64,000 nucleotides of DNA from Microthyrium microscopicum (Eukaryota), in the NCBI GenBank assembly GCA_010405405.1, contig MU004231.1, forward strand, positions 4,328,884 to 4,392,883, in the 5' to 3' direction. Position numbers and translations under genes: made by a program. This document shows, in pieces, positions 36,101 to 47,731 of the stretch; position 1 is the first letter of the stretch; each line of letters starts with the position of its first letter. The notes under the pieces are model-generated. The model made no database searches, had not been told where the DNA came from, and saw only the letters and a list, made by a program, of their open reading frames with translations.

Positions 36101-39100
36101 AAGTAAGTCAACGCAGCAGTCCAGCGGCCCGCTTGCTTATGGTCAACAACTTGCTGAGCTACGTCGAGTAGTCGCAGCTTGGAAGAAATTCCGTCCACGC
36201 CATCCGGCTCTTTGATTTCCTCGTAAATTAGCTGGAGTTGCTGAAATTCGAAGTCCACATCTTCCATGTCCATTGATTTCATATGTTGCTCATAGTGATA
36301 AACAGACCTAGGAAGATTCTCGCAAATGAAAGCACGGAGAGCTGTGACATTTTGAGGAACAGAGTCGAAGATGCGTTGTACCTGACTGATCTCTCTGGTT
36401 TCTTTCATGGCATCGAAATCTTCGGGAACGTCGTTGTGCCGATTTCGTGCTGTGTACTTTGCAAGCATTTTGCTCTTTTCTTGGACCCATCGATTCAAAT
36501 AGTCAAAGACTTGGAACACGTTCTGAAAACATTAGGCGAGTTCCTCTGAGACTGGATGATACTTACATAGCTGCATTGCTTTATGTTTTCTCTTTCTGTT
36601 TCTCCGCCTGGCGAAATGACATCGTACTTCATAATATTGCTGAACTCGTAGCATAGCCAATCTATTTCTTCATCCGTTCCTCCAGTGACGATAGTCTGGA
36701 CAACAAATGGGAGCATGAAGGTAGCGATTGATAGGTCGTGGTTGAGAATGACTCTAGATATCTTGGGGAATATGACTTTGGCGTTCTTTCCATTGGGTCT
36801 ATGAAGCAAGCCAAACACCAAAGTCCGGAGCCATGTTCCATGAGGAGGAGTGGGACCGGATGGAGGGAATGCCACCAGCTCGGTGGCCGCAGTTGGGTTG
36901 GTAAGGTGATATTTCGAGTTCAGGTAAGGAGTCAAAGTACTCTGTACAGATTCTGGAAAGACTTTCCATCTCTGAAGGGCCTGTCGTGGAGGACTTCCTT
37001 TACGTGTGTTAATGACTGCGTCAGAAAACCCGCTTATCTTCAAAAGCTCTTGCATAACATATGCCAGATAACTTTGCTGCTTTCCAGTTGGTGCTGAGCG
37101 AAACGCTGGCACAAGGACAGTCTCCAGAAGCTGAGCGATGAACTCAATGATTTCTGATGGTTTCTCAAAATTGGATAACACAAGAAGGCTGTGCTTTTCA
37201 CGCACAGTTTCGACTTGGTTAGGATCTATGCATCCAAGGACACCAAGTGCTCTGGCACATAAATCGACAACTTCGTCATCGAGTTCTTTGAATCGCATGC
37301 TGGCATCTAATAATGTGCGATAAAGCGCTGCAATTGCTGGGATAGGTTGCTGTCCTTGAGCGTTTTCGTGGATGTATCCTTGCTGTTTAACAAGATACGG
37401 CACAAGTTCTCTGAGTGCTTGCCGAACTACAAGTACATTGTCGTTAGAGCATCGTTTAGAGAATGCGTCGAGTAGCTTTTCCGGTTCGAGCTTGTTTTTA
37501 TGTGCACTAATTTCTCCAGCAAGTTTGTTGAACAAATCGATGCCCGCGAGGGAGGGTATCATGGCAACGTTGTCCATTATCTGCTGGTTGTATCTGGAAA
37601 CCAGCTGTGTGATGAGTAGGTAGCCCCTTTCTTGACTATAGGGACTGAGAACTTCCCACTTCTGAACAACAATGGCAAAGGTATGAGGAATGAGTTCCTT
37701 GAAGCTTTCATCACCAGTGTTATTCATCAGTGCAATCCAGGCTGCGAAGGCTGCATCTATCAAGTTTGTACTGTCCAAAGCCGATTGAAGCGTAGCTCGC
37801 ATCTATCATGAGAATTAGTATAAGCAAACAACACAGTTTGAACGCTTCTGTTTTACCTGAGGCAATGCTAAATCGACCGATTGATCGGAAACCGCCATGA
37901 GAAACTCAATAGCTTGGAGAGCTCTGACTTTTTCCGAAAGAGGCTGTCTTTCCTTAGAATTATCCACAATGTCGGTGAAGTGTGCCATGATGCCTAAAAC
38001 ATATTCCTCCATAAAGAGGGACATCAGATCAACCGATCGTTTGGAAGTGTTTTTCGAAGACATGGCTATCTTTGCAAGAAGTTTGAAAGCTTGATCGACC
38101 TTGCGGTATTAGTATATGGCAGCTGTAAGAGAGGTTCTTGTTACCTTTGCCTCAGCAGTATCTTTCGCTTCCAAAGTGGAGGTACCATAATCTGGAGCAG
38201 TCTTGAGGATCTCGCAAGCCGTATTGTTCGGTTCCAGTTGAACCAGCTCAGTGAATTTTCCTTTCAAATGCGGTGCTGCTTCTTGCAAAAGAGAGGCAGC
38301 CTTGGGCTCAGAGCCATCAACTTCAAGAAGAAGTTTTGATAATACGCAAGCCAAATTGCGTTTTGGCTCCATGATCAAAGCCTCGATCGAGCTAATATCA
38401 GGGCGTGCGTCAACAATTCGAGCAAGTATGTCATGTCGCTTGGTAAGAATCATATATGGGACAGTCTCCGTCTGAGTGAGAACTAGAAGTTCGTCTACGC
38501 CGCCCTTGAGTTGTAATAGTTCGGAAAGTTGTTGTGCCTTTTGAGGACAGCTCAAGACATCTCTCACAACTGATGGAGCAATGTTTCTCCAAAAAGGAGC
38601 AAAAAGCTGAGCAACCGACTGGCTTGTTGCTTTGGCAAGTCTTCGAATGCTCATATATGCCACTCCACAAATTATCATATGAGGATGACCCAATGCATTC
38701 ACCAGTTCAAGCAAGGCAATGTTAAGCTCTGTTTCACCACAAACGATGCCTATCTGAGTCCAAAGATAGAGCAAAGTCTCAAGCAGAGCCAGATTGTCAC
38801 GAGAATTCAGTTCCCTTAGCATCTCTAGCAGGAAATTTCGATTAAGATGCATGATTTTTGAATCGAGTTCACCTCGCAAGTATCCTAGCAACGCTTGCCT
38901 AAAACATCAATTAGCATTGAGCAAACGAAAAGCCAGGCTTCACTTACGAGGAGACAATGCGGAGTTCATGGGAAGTGCTTTGCAATGATTTCATGCAAAA
39001 TCGGGCCAATGGGTCCGTCCTTATGTCCAGATAGCCCGGATCCGATATATGCTTCACAAATCTACCAATTGTTTGCACCGTGGTTATACGCAGCAGTCGA

Positions 39101-40933
39101 GAATTCTTAACGTTTGTAAAACCCAAGAGTTCGGTCAACATTTGATGGAAAGCTTGACATTCCTCTTCCGAATCCCACGGCCATCCTTCATCTGGAGCAG
39201 AATCAGTACTGTAGGCTTCATCACATATCCGGCAGCCTGTAGGATATTGTTCTTCCAAGGTCTCGTCAATCCAGGCTCCAGAAGCAGCACAGGGGAGATT
39301 TTTTAGGGATTGGATCAGAGAAGCAACACCATCATCAGAATTATCTTTCAACTCGAAACTGTACCTTCTTATTAGTCTCATAGCAACTATTGCGGCAATA
39401 AAAGCACTTACACCGAGATATCCTGTATCGTGGTAATGGGGGATTCAGAATTGAATGCCTCCGTGATACTCTTAACAAGCCGTGTGCATGTCGTATCTGT
39501 TGCTTCCTCTTCAGCGGCAGTCTCCGAGATTTTCCGCCGTTTCTCAGGTCTCGAGACATCGGGGTCCTCCGAGTTTCTCTTCGTCTGACGTGTGGGCAGA
39601 TTGACTCGTAGGCTCTCGAAAGTCTCAGTCAAGCGTTTATCAATGAATTGGTCCTGGTCTCCATCACTTTCCGTGTCATTATGATCAGACACATTCTGTG
39701 GGGATCTCAAAAATATGTCGACTGCATTTTGTAGATCACTGCAAAGACGGGGCCAAATGGATGTGGTGTCCTTGAGTGCCCGAAGCCATTTAGAAACTCC
39801 AGACTGATCCAGCTTTGCATTCTGCATAATGAGAAGCAGCGAGTGAGCGAGAGAAATCTGCACATCCTCTCCATCGGGAGGTGAGACTAGGACCAGCAGC
39901 TTTTCGATCAGATCAACGGATCTTTGCAAGCACCATCGTCGAGAATCTTTCAAGAGTATGTCACAGGCTAGCGTTATGAGGGAAGTCACAATTCTTCTGC
40001 GATCGAGACATCGATGTTGCCTGAGCGCGCGATAGAAATCAACTACTGAGTGTGCCAAATCCAAGATCCATGGCAGTTTTTCAGAATCCAAGGATTTCGA
40101 ATGGATAACCTGATCAGAGAAGGAGATTATGATGAGCAGTAGTATGTTGTTCGCATCGTTTGGCCTTTTCAGCGTTAACTGATAGCCTGGAGGAAGTGCA
40201 ATGGACTGCTCGGAAGCCCAGAACTTGGAAATAGCTTTAGTTGGGGGACAAGTAGCTCGGTAGGATGATAGTTGGAAAGGTTTGGTTCCAGCGAAGGACT
40301 CAAGAGACTGTCGAAGGTCTAGGATATTAGCAAATGTATGGAGGATCTCCCACAAGACTCACTCTCAGCAATTGACTGTAAAAGCTCCACTACTTCTTGT
40401 CCAATGAGCCACGTCGTCGGCTTCGATAAAAGAGAAGATGTGCAAGCAGAAAGAGCTTGGAGTAATTGGGTCCAGACATCGGTCAATCGTTCTCTAGAGC
40501 CAATTGACAAGAGAGATGTCAATAGCCAGCATATAAACGGTGGTCGTTCTTCATCCTGTGAGTCTTCGCTGAACATTAGGAGTTCAGGCTGCTTTTGTAT
40601 TGTGATTCGTACAGCTCTAAGACAATCTGCTGCCTGTGCATCAAGGTCCTTTGGCGAGAAGAGCTCCTTTTGATTCCTTGATTCGCCAGCAGCTTCCACA
40701 AGAAATGTCACGAATCGAACATTGTCTTGTATGTTTTCATCAGTCAAATCCACGATTGGATCACTGAGAAATTCTGCTAGAAGTTTATCGAAAGCTTCTC
40801 TCTGAGCGGCACGGTTGATCTGAGCAGTTGCGGTGTTTCCATTGCGGAGAATCTGAGCCGCAATGGTTGAAGGAGGAATAGCGTAAGTAGGTTCGGCGGG
40901 AGCGGGATTCGCTTTAGGAACTGGAGGCGCCAT
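33130..40933 (-). CDS. MEC1: PIKK checkpoint kinase ATR (Mec1/Rad3/UvsB)
   Basis: C-terminal kinase motifs LCKPKDDLRKDQRLMEF, GLGDRHGENI, HVDFNCLFEKG, VPFRLTHNM and FATC tail NLMAMYVGWCAFL; FAT/HEAT regions upstream; several short canonical introns. Confidence 0.96.
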
Positions 40934-41054
40934 TTCATGATGGTTTGAGCGAAATTAAGCCATCAGATTCGATGAGCAAAATCTCAACATTTAGCTCCGA
41001 TGTGCGATGTGCTGATGTTCGATGAGGTTGAGGGGCACAACTCAAAAATACGTG

Positions 41055-41130
41055 TATGGTTCACGCGTTGGCTAGCCTTGCTAGCTCAGTTTAGACTGAA
41101 ATGGTCCAGCCAATCGCGTAGTCACATGAC
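41055..41130. promoter_or_regulatory. Divergent MEC1/COX16 promoter with MCB-like ACGCGT, CCAAT and GTCACATGAC elements
   Basis: ACGCGT at 41063-41068, CCAAT 41110-41114 followed by CGCGT, near-palindromic GTCACATGAC 41121-41130 in the 282-bp gap between start codons. Confidence 0.4.
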
Positions 41131-41215
41131 ATAAATTTATGCCAAGGCCATATATTGTAGCCAACTTCATTGTTCATGAAAACTTCAAGGTCAATAATAC
41201 ATAAGCGATGTCAAT

Positions 41216-41601
41216 ATGTTCAAAAAGCTGCCATCCAAGAAGTTTGGATCTACTCCTGGTAAACAGTTCAATGCTTTAGTGCAGCGTCATCCGTTTCTTC
41301 TCTTTGGGCTGCCATTTATATCAATGGTTGTTGTCGGAAGCCTCTTTCTATCACCTGTTACAGCACAGCGCTATGAGACTTTCGACAGGAAAAGGCGCTT
41401 TAATAATAAGCAGGATGCATTCGATACGTCAGGGTTGAAAAGAAGAAAGTTCGACGCACGAGAGGAGTACTATGTAAGGCTTTCAAGCAGATCACGAAAC
41501 GATGACTAATAGCTCAAAAGCGAATGGCAGCCAAAGACTTGGACAATTGGGAACAGCGCAGGGTGGAGAGATTGCCCGGCGAACCAGACGGCATTCTGTG
41601 A
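41216..41601 (+). CDS. COX16: Cytochrome c oxidase assembly protein Cox16
   Basis: RHPFLLFGLPFISMVVVGSLFL, FDAREEYY|RMAAKDLDNWEQRRVERLPGEPDGIL; intron 41474-41520. Confidence 0.93.
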
Positions 41602-41831
41602 TTCAGACATAAAAGTACAAACATAATCTATCGGGGGTATATCCATCATAAACAATCATGCAGTCGCTATCGTCGCAACAGAACTCCATAACCTTTCCGA
41701 GGCCGGAAACACTCTCAATCTTCGAACTCAGAGTACACTTTCTCCATCGCCTGTTAGGTGCAGCCTTTCCTTGCAAATACTCTGGACCAACACGAACTTG
41801 GGACCAACCGGACATGCTGAATACTCTCCGC

Positions 41832-42857
41832 TTAAGTCGACGATTGCTTCCGCGACATGGGCGGAGTTGCCACCGGCGCCACATACTAAGAGTTGGAAAG
41901 TTAGAACAACAATTGAGCGAATTTTGTGAGCACAGAGTGGTGGTGACTCAAACCTTTGAAAGGTCTAAGGGTATAATCTCAGTCTTGAGTTCGCGAGTCT
42001 TCTTCTGCTTTGGCTCGGGAGCCTTTTCGTTCTCTTGTATGTAGAACTTGCGAAGTAGCATGATGGCATCGTCACGGAAGATACCAGGGAAAGCGGGATA
42101 AGGAGGATCGACGTTTTCACTAGAAGAGCGTTAGCAATGGGAAAAGGCAAGGAGTGGCATGGGTAGATCTACTCTTCATGTATGCGTAGAACGCCGCCGG
42201 TTCCACCAAATCGATCGTTGAAGCAACCAAAGTATACGCATCGAATGTTGAATTGGCGGAGGGCCGACGCGCACATAATACAGGGCTCGACAGTGACATA
42301 GAGATCAGTCTCCTTGAGGATCGCTGGTGCGTGTGTCTGTAGTATCTCTGCGAGTGCAACGAACTCGGCGTGTCGGGTGCCCTTCAGTAGTATTAGCTTC
42401 AGAAACCCATGCAATGACTAGTTACCCACGTTGAGTGTCTTGTTGGTGTGATTCATGCCCCGTCCGATGATCTCGCCTTTGTGAACAAAGACACATCCAA
42501 CAGGAGTCTCATCACTCCGAAGAGCCAAGTCGGCCTGTTGATCATTAGTGCCAGATCACTTTGAAGATCAAGAGGTCAACTCACCATTGCAATGGCTTCC
42601 TTCATGAAGCCTTCGTGGATTTCTCGATTGGGAAGGGTGGCCATTTTGGCAATGTCGCCTAGCTGCTTTTGACGTAGATTCTCGAGGCGCTCAGCTTCAC
42701 GTTCGGGAATTGATCGCAGGTCTGATTTTTTGGCTGCAGAGGACGCGGACTCGGGGTCCTGGGAAGAGGCATCGTCGTTGAAGTTTCTGGCAGCAGCTTC
42801 CCCCAACAGAAAGAAGTCGCCGGCGGCGCCAAACACATCAGAAGGATCGAAATCCAT
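41832..42857 (-). CDS. TAD2: tRNA-specific adenosine-34 deaminase catalytic subunit
   Basis: FMKEAIAM|ADLALRSDETPVGCVFV, TRHAE, LYVTVEPCIMCASAL, YFGCFNDRFGGTG, LRKFYIQENEKAP; 4 introns; start codon (42857 vs ~42644) uncertain. Confidence 0.9.
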
Positions 42858-43785
42858 GCTCGAAACAGCAAATTTGGATGTCTGGAAGCTGCGCCACGTG
42901 TTAGTGGGTTTTTTGGATGAGTGCGACCCGATCGTGAACTTACTGGCAGACGAGTCAGAATTTCGTTGGCAGCTGTTTGCACTTTCGTTGGCAAGCTACA
43001 AAAGCGCCAAACTTGTTATTCTAGTGAAGAAATTGAATAGACCCGATTTGAGAGGGTTAGCTCTGGTCGGTCTATCTTAGCTAGATGTAAATTTGTTGGA
43101 TGGAGCGCACGCAATGAGTTGGAGGATTCTTGAGGATTGTTGTGGTGGAGGAAATTGTACGGAAAAACAGCAGGTGATGAAAGTAGCTGTTTGACAGGCT
43201 TCCAATCAAAATTAGGCATTCAAGTCACTACCTAGTTATGCTCACGGTAACACAGACAAACGAGGGGCTTGTTTTCTCCATCTTCAATTTATCAATTTAC
43301 ATCAAAATTGGGTTAATGATGTAGACCAAAAGCATGCCGTCTGAAGGAAGGTGCATGTGGGGTTTTATACCGCTCTTTCCAATATCTGAACCACCCCGCT
43401 AGCCAGCCAGGTTAAAATGTTCGATACATTTGGTATGGTACCTGTATGGTTTTCAAGGGCGTTAGCTCAATGTAAAAGATACATTTTGGTTTGCAATCTG
43501 GTTGGTTGGATGCTTTCAATTCCGCATAAAAGTCCTGAAATTGTTACACAACTCTACAATGGCATTAGTCTTCTCATCCAGTATACCTTAAGGCATCAAA
43601 ATGGCATATGTTGTTCGGGTATAATTATATTCTGCTAGTACTAATACTTCATTATTTTAAACAACCCAACAATCGAAATCCGCAAACATAGTTACAAAAC
43701 CTAAGAACAAAGAATTCGTGAAGGCCCTTGGGGAATACCATAAAAACATAAGACAAAGAGAATTGAGCCCGTAGTACAATCGGGC

Positions 43786-44109
43786 TCACATCACGGTGCA
43801 GCCACCGCTCTTACCAGCAGAAGAAGATTCAGCTTTGACGGTCTTCTTTGGCCGCCTTCGCACTTGCTGGAGTTGACCAGTCTCCCTGTCACGACGGACT
43901 TCTCGTTTCGTTTTCCTATCTTTCTTGCCTGCCTTCACTGCTATAGTCTGGGGGTTGGTATATCGTTGATATGAATCCTGGTCATTGTTCGTGGATTCAT
44001 CATATCTAGTATCAGTTTCCCCATCATTGTTCGTCGATTCATCGTATCCATTATCAGTCTCTCCCCGACTATCCAGATTACCCTCCTTTTTGGTACTTCC
44101 CTGCGTCAT
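43786..44109 (-). CDS. Small ORF (107 aa) with polybasic tail and C-terminal CaaX (GGCTVM)
   Basis: ATG 44109; 14-aa duplication GETDxxYDESTNND; KAGKKDRKTKREVRR...RRRPKK...SGGCTVM-stop. Confidence 0.5.
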   Translation of the reverse strand: MTQGSTKKEGNLDSRGETDNGYDESTNNDGETDTRYDESTNNDQDSYQRYTNPQTIAVKAGKKDRKTKREVRRDRETGQLQQVRRRPKKTVKAESSSAGKSGGCTVM

Positions 44110-44140
44110 CTTCGGGCCCAAAAAAATTCAGGAAGTTGGT

Positions 44141-46102
44141 TTATCGCCAAGGAATCCAGAAACTAGGACGAAGAGGATTGAGTGGACGAGAACGACGACG
44201 ACGATAGACGTGGTCTCCTCTATATCCAAATGGGACGCCAGTGTGTGGGTCTAGGAACTCGTAGCCTTGAGGATAGCGGTTCTGGTAACGCTGAGCTTCT
44301 AGATATTGCTGGTGGTACTGGCTAAGATTATAATTTCCTGGCCAATAATGCCCTGCGTGCTGATTTGCTGGTGGCGGATTGAATTCTTCCTGATAGAAAT
44401 TTGAGCCTTGATTCGCTGAACCAAAAAAATGGTTATTAATGGCAGGTGCGCTCGAGTTATGTTCCAGTCGTTGTCCGCCAGCTGCCAAAGGGAGGCGACG
44501 CTGTTCGCGGCGCGGCTCATTGTTCCCAGAAGAAAGACCAGAATTCATGGAAACTGACAAAGCTTCGTAGGAGATGGAACAAAACGCCGGATGGGGATGG
44601 CCCGCCAAGAACGAGTTGTAGGCGTTTACAATAAGTCTACGGTTCTCAAGGGGCAGGTCGTGGGCCATGATTGCTTCTCGGATGTTTTCTAGCGAATCTG
44701 CGACAGATGCCAGACGAACAGCTTCTTGAGCCTCCTCTGTCTCTGCGGCCTGTGCCCGCGCCATGGACTGATTATATTCCTCCAGGGACAAAGCAATTGC
44801 CCGCTCTAGAGCGCCATCAGACTCCACGAGTTCTGGGCTCGAAACTCGCGGGATATTTTGCTCCGATGTTGACGCCGCCTGGTGGGTTCGACGCACAGAT
44901 TTCGATTTCGGGGGTGGCTGAACAGGTGCTTCCGGCATTGAGCCTGATCGAGAAGTTGTGAGAGATGGGGAAGGGGAAGTTGGCGGCTGAGCACGTCGAG
45001 AATGTGACTGTTGCGCTGCAGGGACAGGTGCTGGCTGTCGACGACTGGACTTGCGTGGTGTGGGAGCAGGAAGTGGTGATGCGGATGCAGCAGAACCTCC
45101 TGGAGTGCTGTCAGTGCCATTATTTACCGTAGTCGTCTTTAGTGACCGAGCTCGAACAGAGCTGGACGAAATTTGAGTTGACGCTCCGATTGCTACTGCA
45201 GGTGATGGATTGCCAGATTGTCGATTTGAAATAGTGGTATTTGTGCTTCGGTCAGCGGGTTTGAGTTTGTCTGTTGACTTGGTTGAAGTGCCAGATCGGC
45301 TTCCAGATACAGATTGAGAAGATGTATTGTTGCCAACCTTGCTCTTTGCCAGCTTCTTTGCCTCATCAGTGCTAGATTGAATTCCAGGTTCACGTTGAGA
45401 AGATGTATTGTTGTCGACCTTGCTCTTTGCTGCTTTCTTTGCATCATCAGTGCTAGATTGAATTCCAGATTCTGGCTGAGAAGATGATTTGTTGTCAACC
45501 TTGCTATTTGTCAGCTTCTTTGCCTCATCATTGCCATGAGATGCTCCTGAGGTCTTAGGAACGTTTTCCCAGCCCCAAGCCGATGAAGAGTTTGCTTCAG
45601 TAGCTGGGGTCGTACCCTTCTTCAAAATGCTCTTCGGTGTCGCACTCACTGGCTGTAAGCTAGAAGTCTCCGCCGATTTAGTCCCTGGCTTTTCTGTCGC
45701 TACCGGCTTTGGAGTTGCGTTTTCTTTGTCTTCATCCTCGTAAATTGTCAACGCCTCGATTCGCGACGATAGGCCATGGCGAGCAGATTTACGGCGGGAC
45801 GAAGGTTGAGGAAAGAGTGGCGCAGGAGTAGCTTCCTCTTCTTTCTCTTCAACCTCTGCCGGTGCTTCAAAGGCGGTATTTGTACGAGACTTTCCCTTGC
45901 GAGCTAGTCGCGCCAAGTCGGACTCGTCTGGTACTTCGGGGTTCGCCTCAGACTCTTCTAGTGTTGGCAACTTCTGAACAACGTCGTTCGAACCAGATGC
46001 ACGTGTTGAAGAAGCTGGAGCTCCAGCAGGCATACGCTCTGCGGAGGCAGCAGCAGCAGCAGCTGCCTTAGCTTTGGCTTTTGCTTTGGCGTTCTTGCCC
46101 AT
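44141..46102 (-). CDS. Disordered orphan protein, paralog A (653 aa)
   Basis: Long intronless ORF; shares MG.K.KAKA, PLFP...RHGLSSR...TI.ED..DKEN and terminal FWIPW with the ORF at 47732-50884; three ~27-aa repeats; UIM-like segment. Confidence 0.85.
   Translation of the reverse strand: MGKNAKAKAKAKAAAAAAASAERMPAGAPASSTRASGSNDVVQKLPTLEESEANPEVPDESDLARLARKGKSRTNTAFEAPAEVEEKEEEATPAPLFPQPSSRRKSARHGLSSRIEALTIYEDEDKENATPKPVATEKPGTKSAETSSLQPVSATPKSILKKGTTPATEANSSSAWGWENVPKTSGASHGNDEAKKLTNSKVDNKSSSQPESGIQSSTDDAKKAAKSKVDNNTSSQREPGIQSSTDEAKKLAKSKVGNNTSSQSVSGSRSGTSTKSTDKLKPADRSTNTTISNRQSGNPSPAVAIGASTQISSSSVRARSLKTTTVNNGTDSTPGGSAASASPLPAPTPRKSSRRQPAPVPAAQQSHSRRAQPPTSPSPSLTTSRSGSMPEAPVQPPPKSKSVRRTHQAASTSEQNIPRVSSPELVESDGALERAIALSLEEYNQSMARAQAAETEEAQEAVRLASVADSLENIREAIMAHDLPLENRRLIVNAYNSFLAGHPHPAFCSISYEALSVSMNSGLSSGNNEPRREQRRLPLAAGGQRLEHNSSAPAINNHFFGSANQGSNFYQEEFNPPPANQHAGHYWPGNYNLSQYHQQYLEAQRYQNRYPQGYEFLDPHTGVPFGYRGDHVYRRRRSRPLNPLRPSFWIPWR
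45310..45535 (-). repeat. Three ~81-nt coding tandem repeats (DEAKK..KSKVDN.TSSQ.E.GIQSST)
   Basis: catcagtgctagattgaattccag occurs twice 81 nt apart; peptide unit repeated three times. Confidence 0.9.
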
Positions 46103-47731
46103 TGTGGAAGAGGCAGCTGGTAGACTCGATAGGAGGTAGAAAGGAGGGAAGAAGAAAAAGATGAAAGAGAAGTTGAAAGGGAAGCAAAGTGGTGAAAGTG
46201 TGTTGGAGCGTGGAAATGGTGTTGGAATTGTGGTTATGGAGTTGATAGAATTCGTGGGTCTATAGAGCTTGAGTGATTTTGATCGGGTGTGGGAGCAGTG
46301 TTTTGAAGAATTGTAGGAACGAGGGGATCTCTTCTGCTGAAATAGTAAAAATATTTGGTAGGGAACGGTTTTCAGGTGGACAAGGGAGACTTCAGTGACT
46401 ATCGTCAGTGACTATTTTGGTCCAAAGCGACACCAAAAGCAACCTCTGTCCCAGCGATTCAGTAACTATACCTAGAGACCTACCTGAGTACCTCGATAAG
46501 GTAGCTATCGAGAGGGGAAAGAGTATCGCCACATGATTTGAGTCAGCCATTATGACCAATGGAGACACCAGGTCGAGGCGCGAGAAGTGATCATCCCACC
46601 ACCTCAACCAGCCCGCTTTAGGATATCTTTTTGTGAAAGCGGCTTCATTAACCGCTAGTCGTCTTCCACAGAGGTAGATATCTGAACTCGTTCACTACAT
46701 CGATCACGTATGTTTCAGTGACTGCTATCATTGATTACCTCCCAGAGCGGGCGGACTTGCATTCGCAACTAGGCGAACCAGATTTGCATCCGCAATGCTA
46801 GCAATCAGATCGGATTGACAAGAAATACACCATAGCTGATCAGCTTGTGTAAAGGAGTAAAGTTTTGTTTGGACGCAATTGGAGATTTTGACTATTCGGC
46901 GTGTGGACTTAGAGGTATTTTCACGATATGTAACAGGAAACTCAGAAAATATTGAAGTGAATGACCCTCGAGGCAGACCAGAGATTCCAGAATTCGGACA
47001 TAATGGTGACACAAGTGCGATGTGCTCGCAGTTGGACATCATGGCCTTCAATTCCTACCTTTCCAAGAGGCAAAAAAACCTCAAAAGATCGATATAGAGC
47101 AGACCTTACAAGGAAGAATACCTACCTAGGTAACATAATATTAACTGTATGCTATGGCTTGATAAGCATCATGACTCATGAGTCCTTTCAACTTGTGTTT
47201 TCTTTTGCCTGAAAATGTCATTAGCAAGTATCTCTAGTCGTATACCACTAGACTCAATATCGGGTTCGGGTCGAGGATCTGAGTGGGCCACAATGTTGGG
47301 AAATGACTCGCTCCTAGAACAAGTCAACTTCGGCACTCGAGTATTCCTGTATTACAGCCATGCTTATTCTTAAGCCCCATATCCTCCTGCTCGGCTGCAT
47401 GTTCATCGTTTTCAAATGACAAACGCTGCAAACGGCAAATCACAGTTTCAAACTAGCTGGGGAAATGATCATCTGTCACGCTTTATATTGGAAGAGGTGT
47501 TGTATCATTTGAGTGAGTTTGGTTCATTAATTATAGTACAGTACATTTCAAGCTTCTCCAATGCGATGAAAATAAATTTTCATCTTGCTTGAAGGGAACA
47601 TAACAATTCCTTCATCATAATGGTCGGTACTCCCTACTCGCTATGCAACGGCCACTTTCCCCCTGATCATCTACAGTATCCTCACCGCCTAGTTACCAAG
47701 CGTCGAACCTTGCCGGTTTTGGAATGTCCTT

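Noticed and set aside
44110..44143. Programmed -1 frameshift at TTTTTTT-GGGCCC fusing paralog A to the CaaX ORF
   Set aside because: The T run lies after paralog A's TAA and the CaaX frame is +1, so both readthrough and a non-canonical shift would be required
46600..47600. Short ORFs between the two paralogs
   Set aside because: No motifs or coding bias evident; probably 3' UTR and promoter sequence
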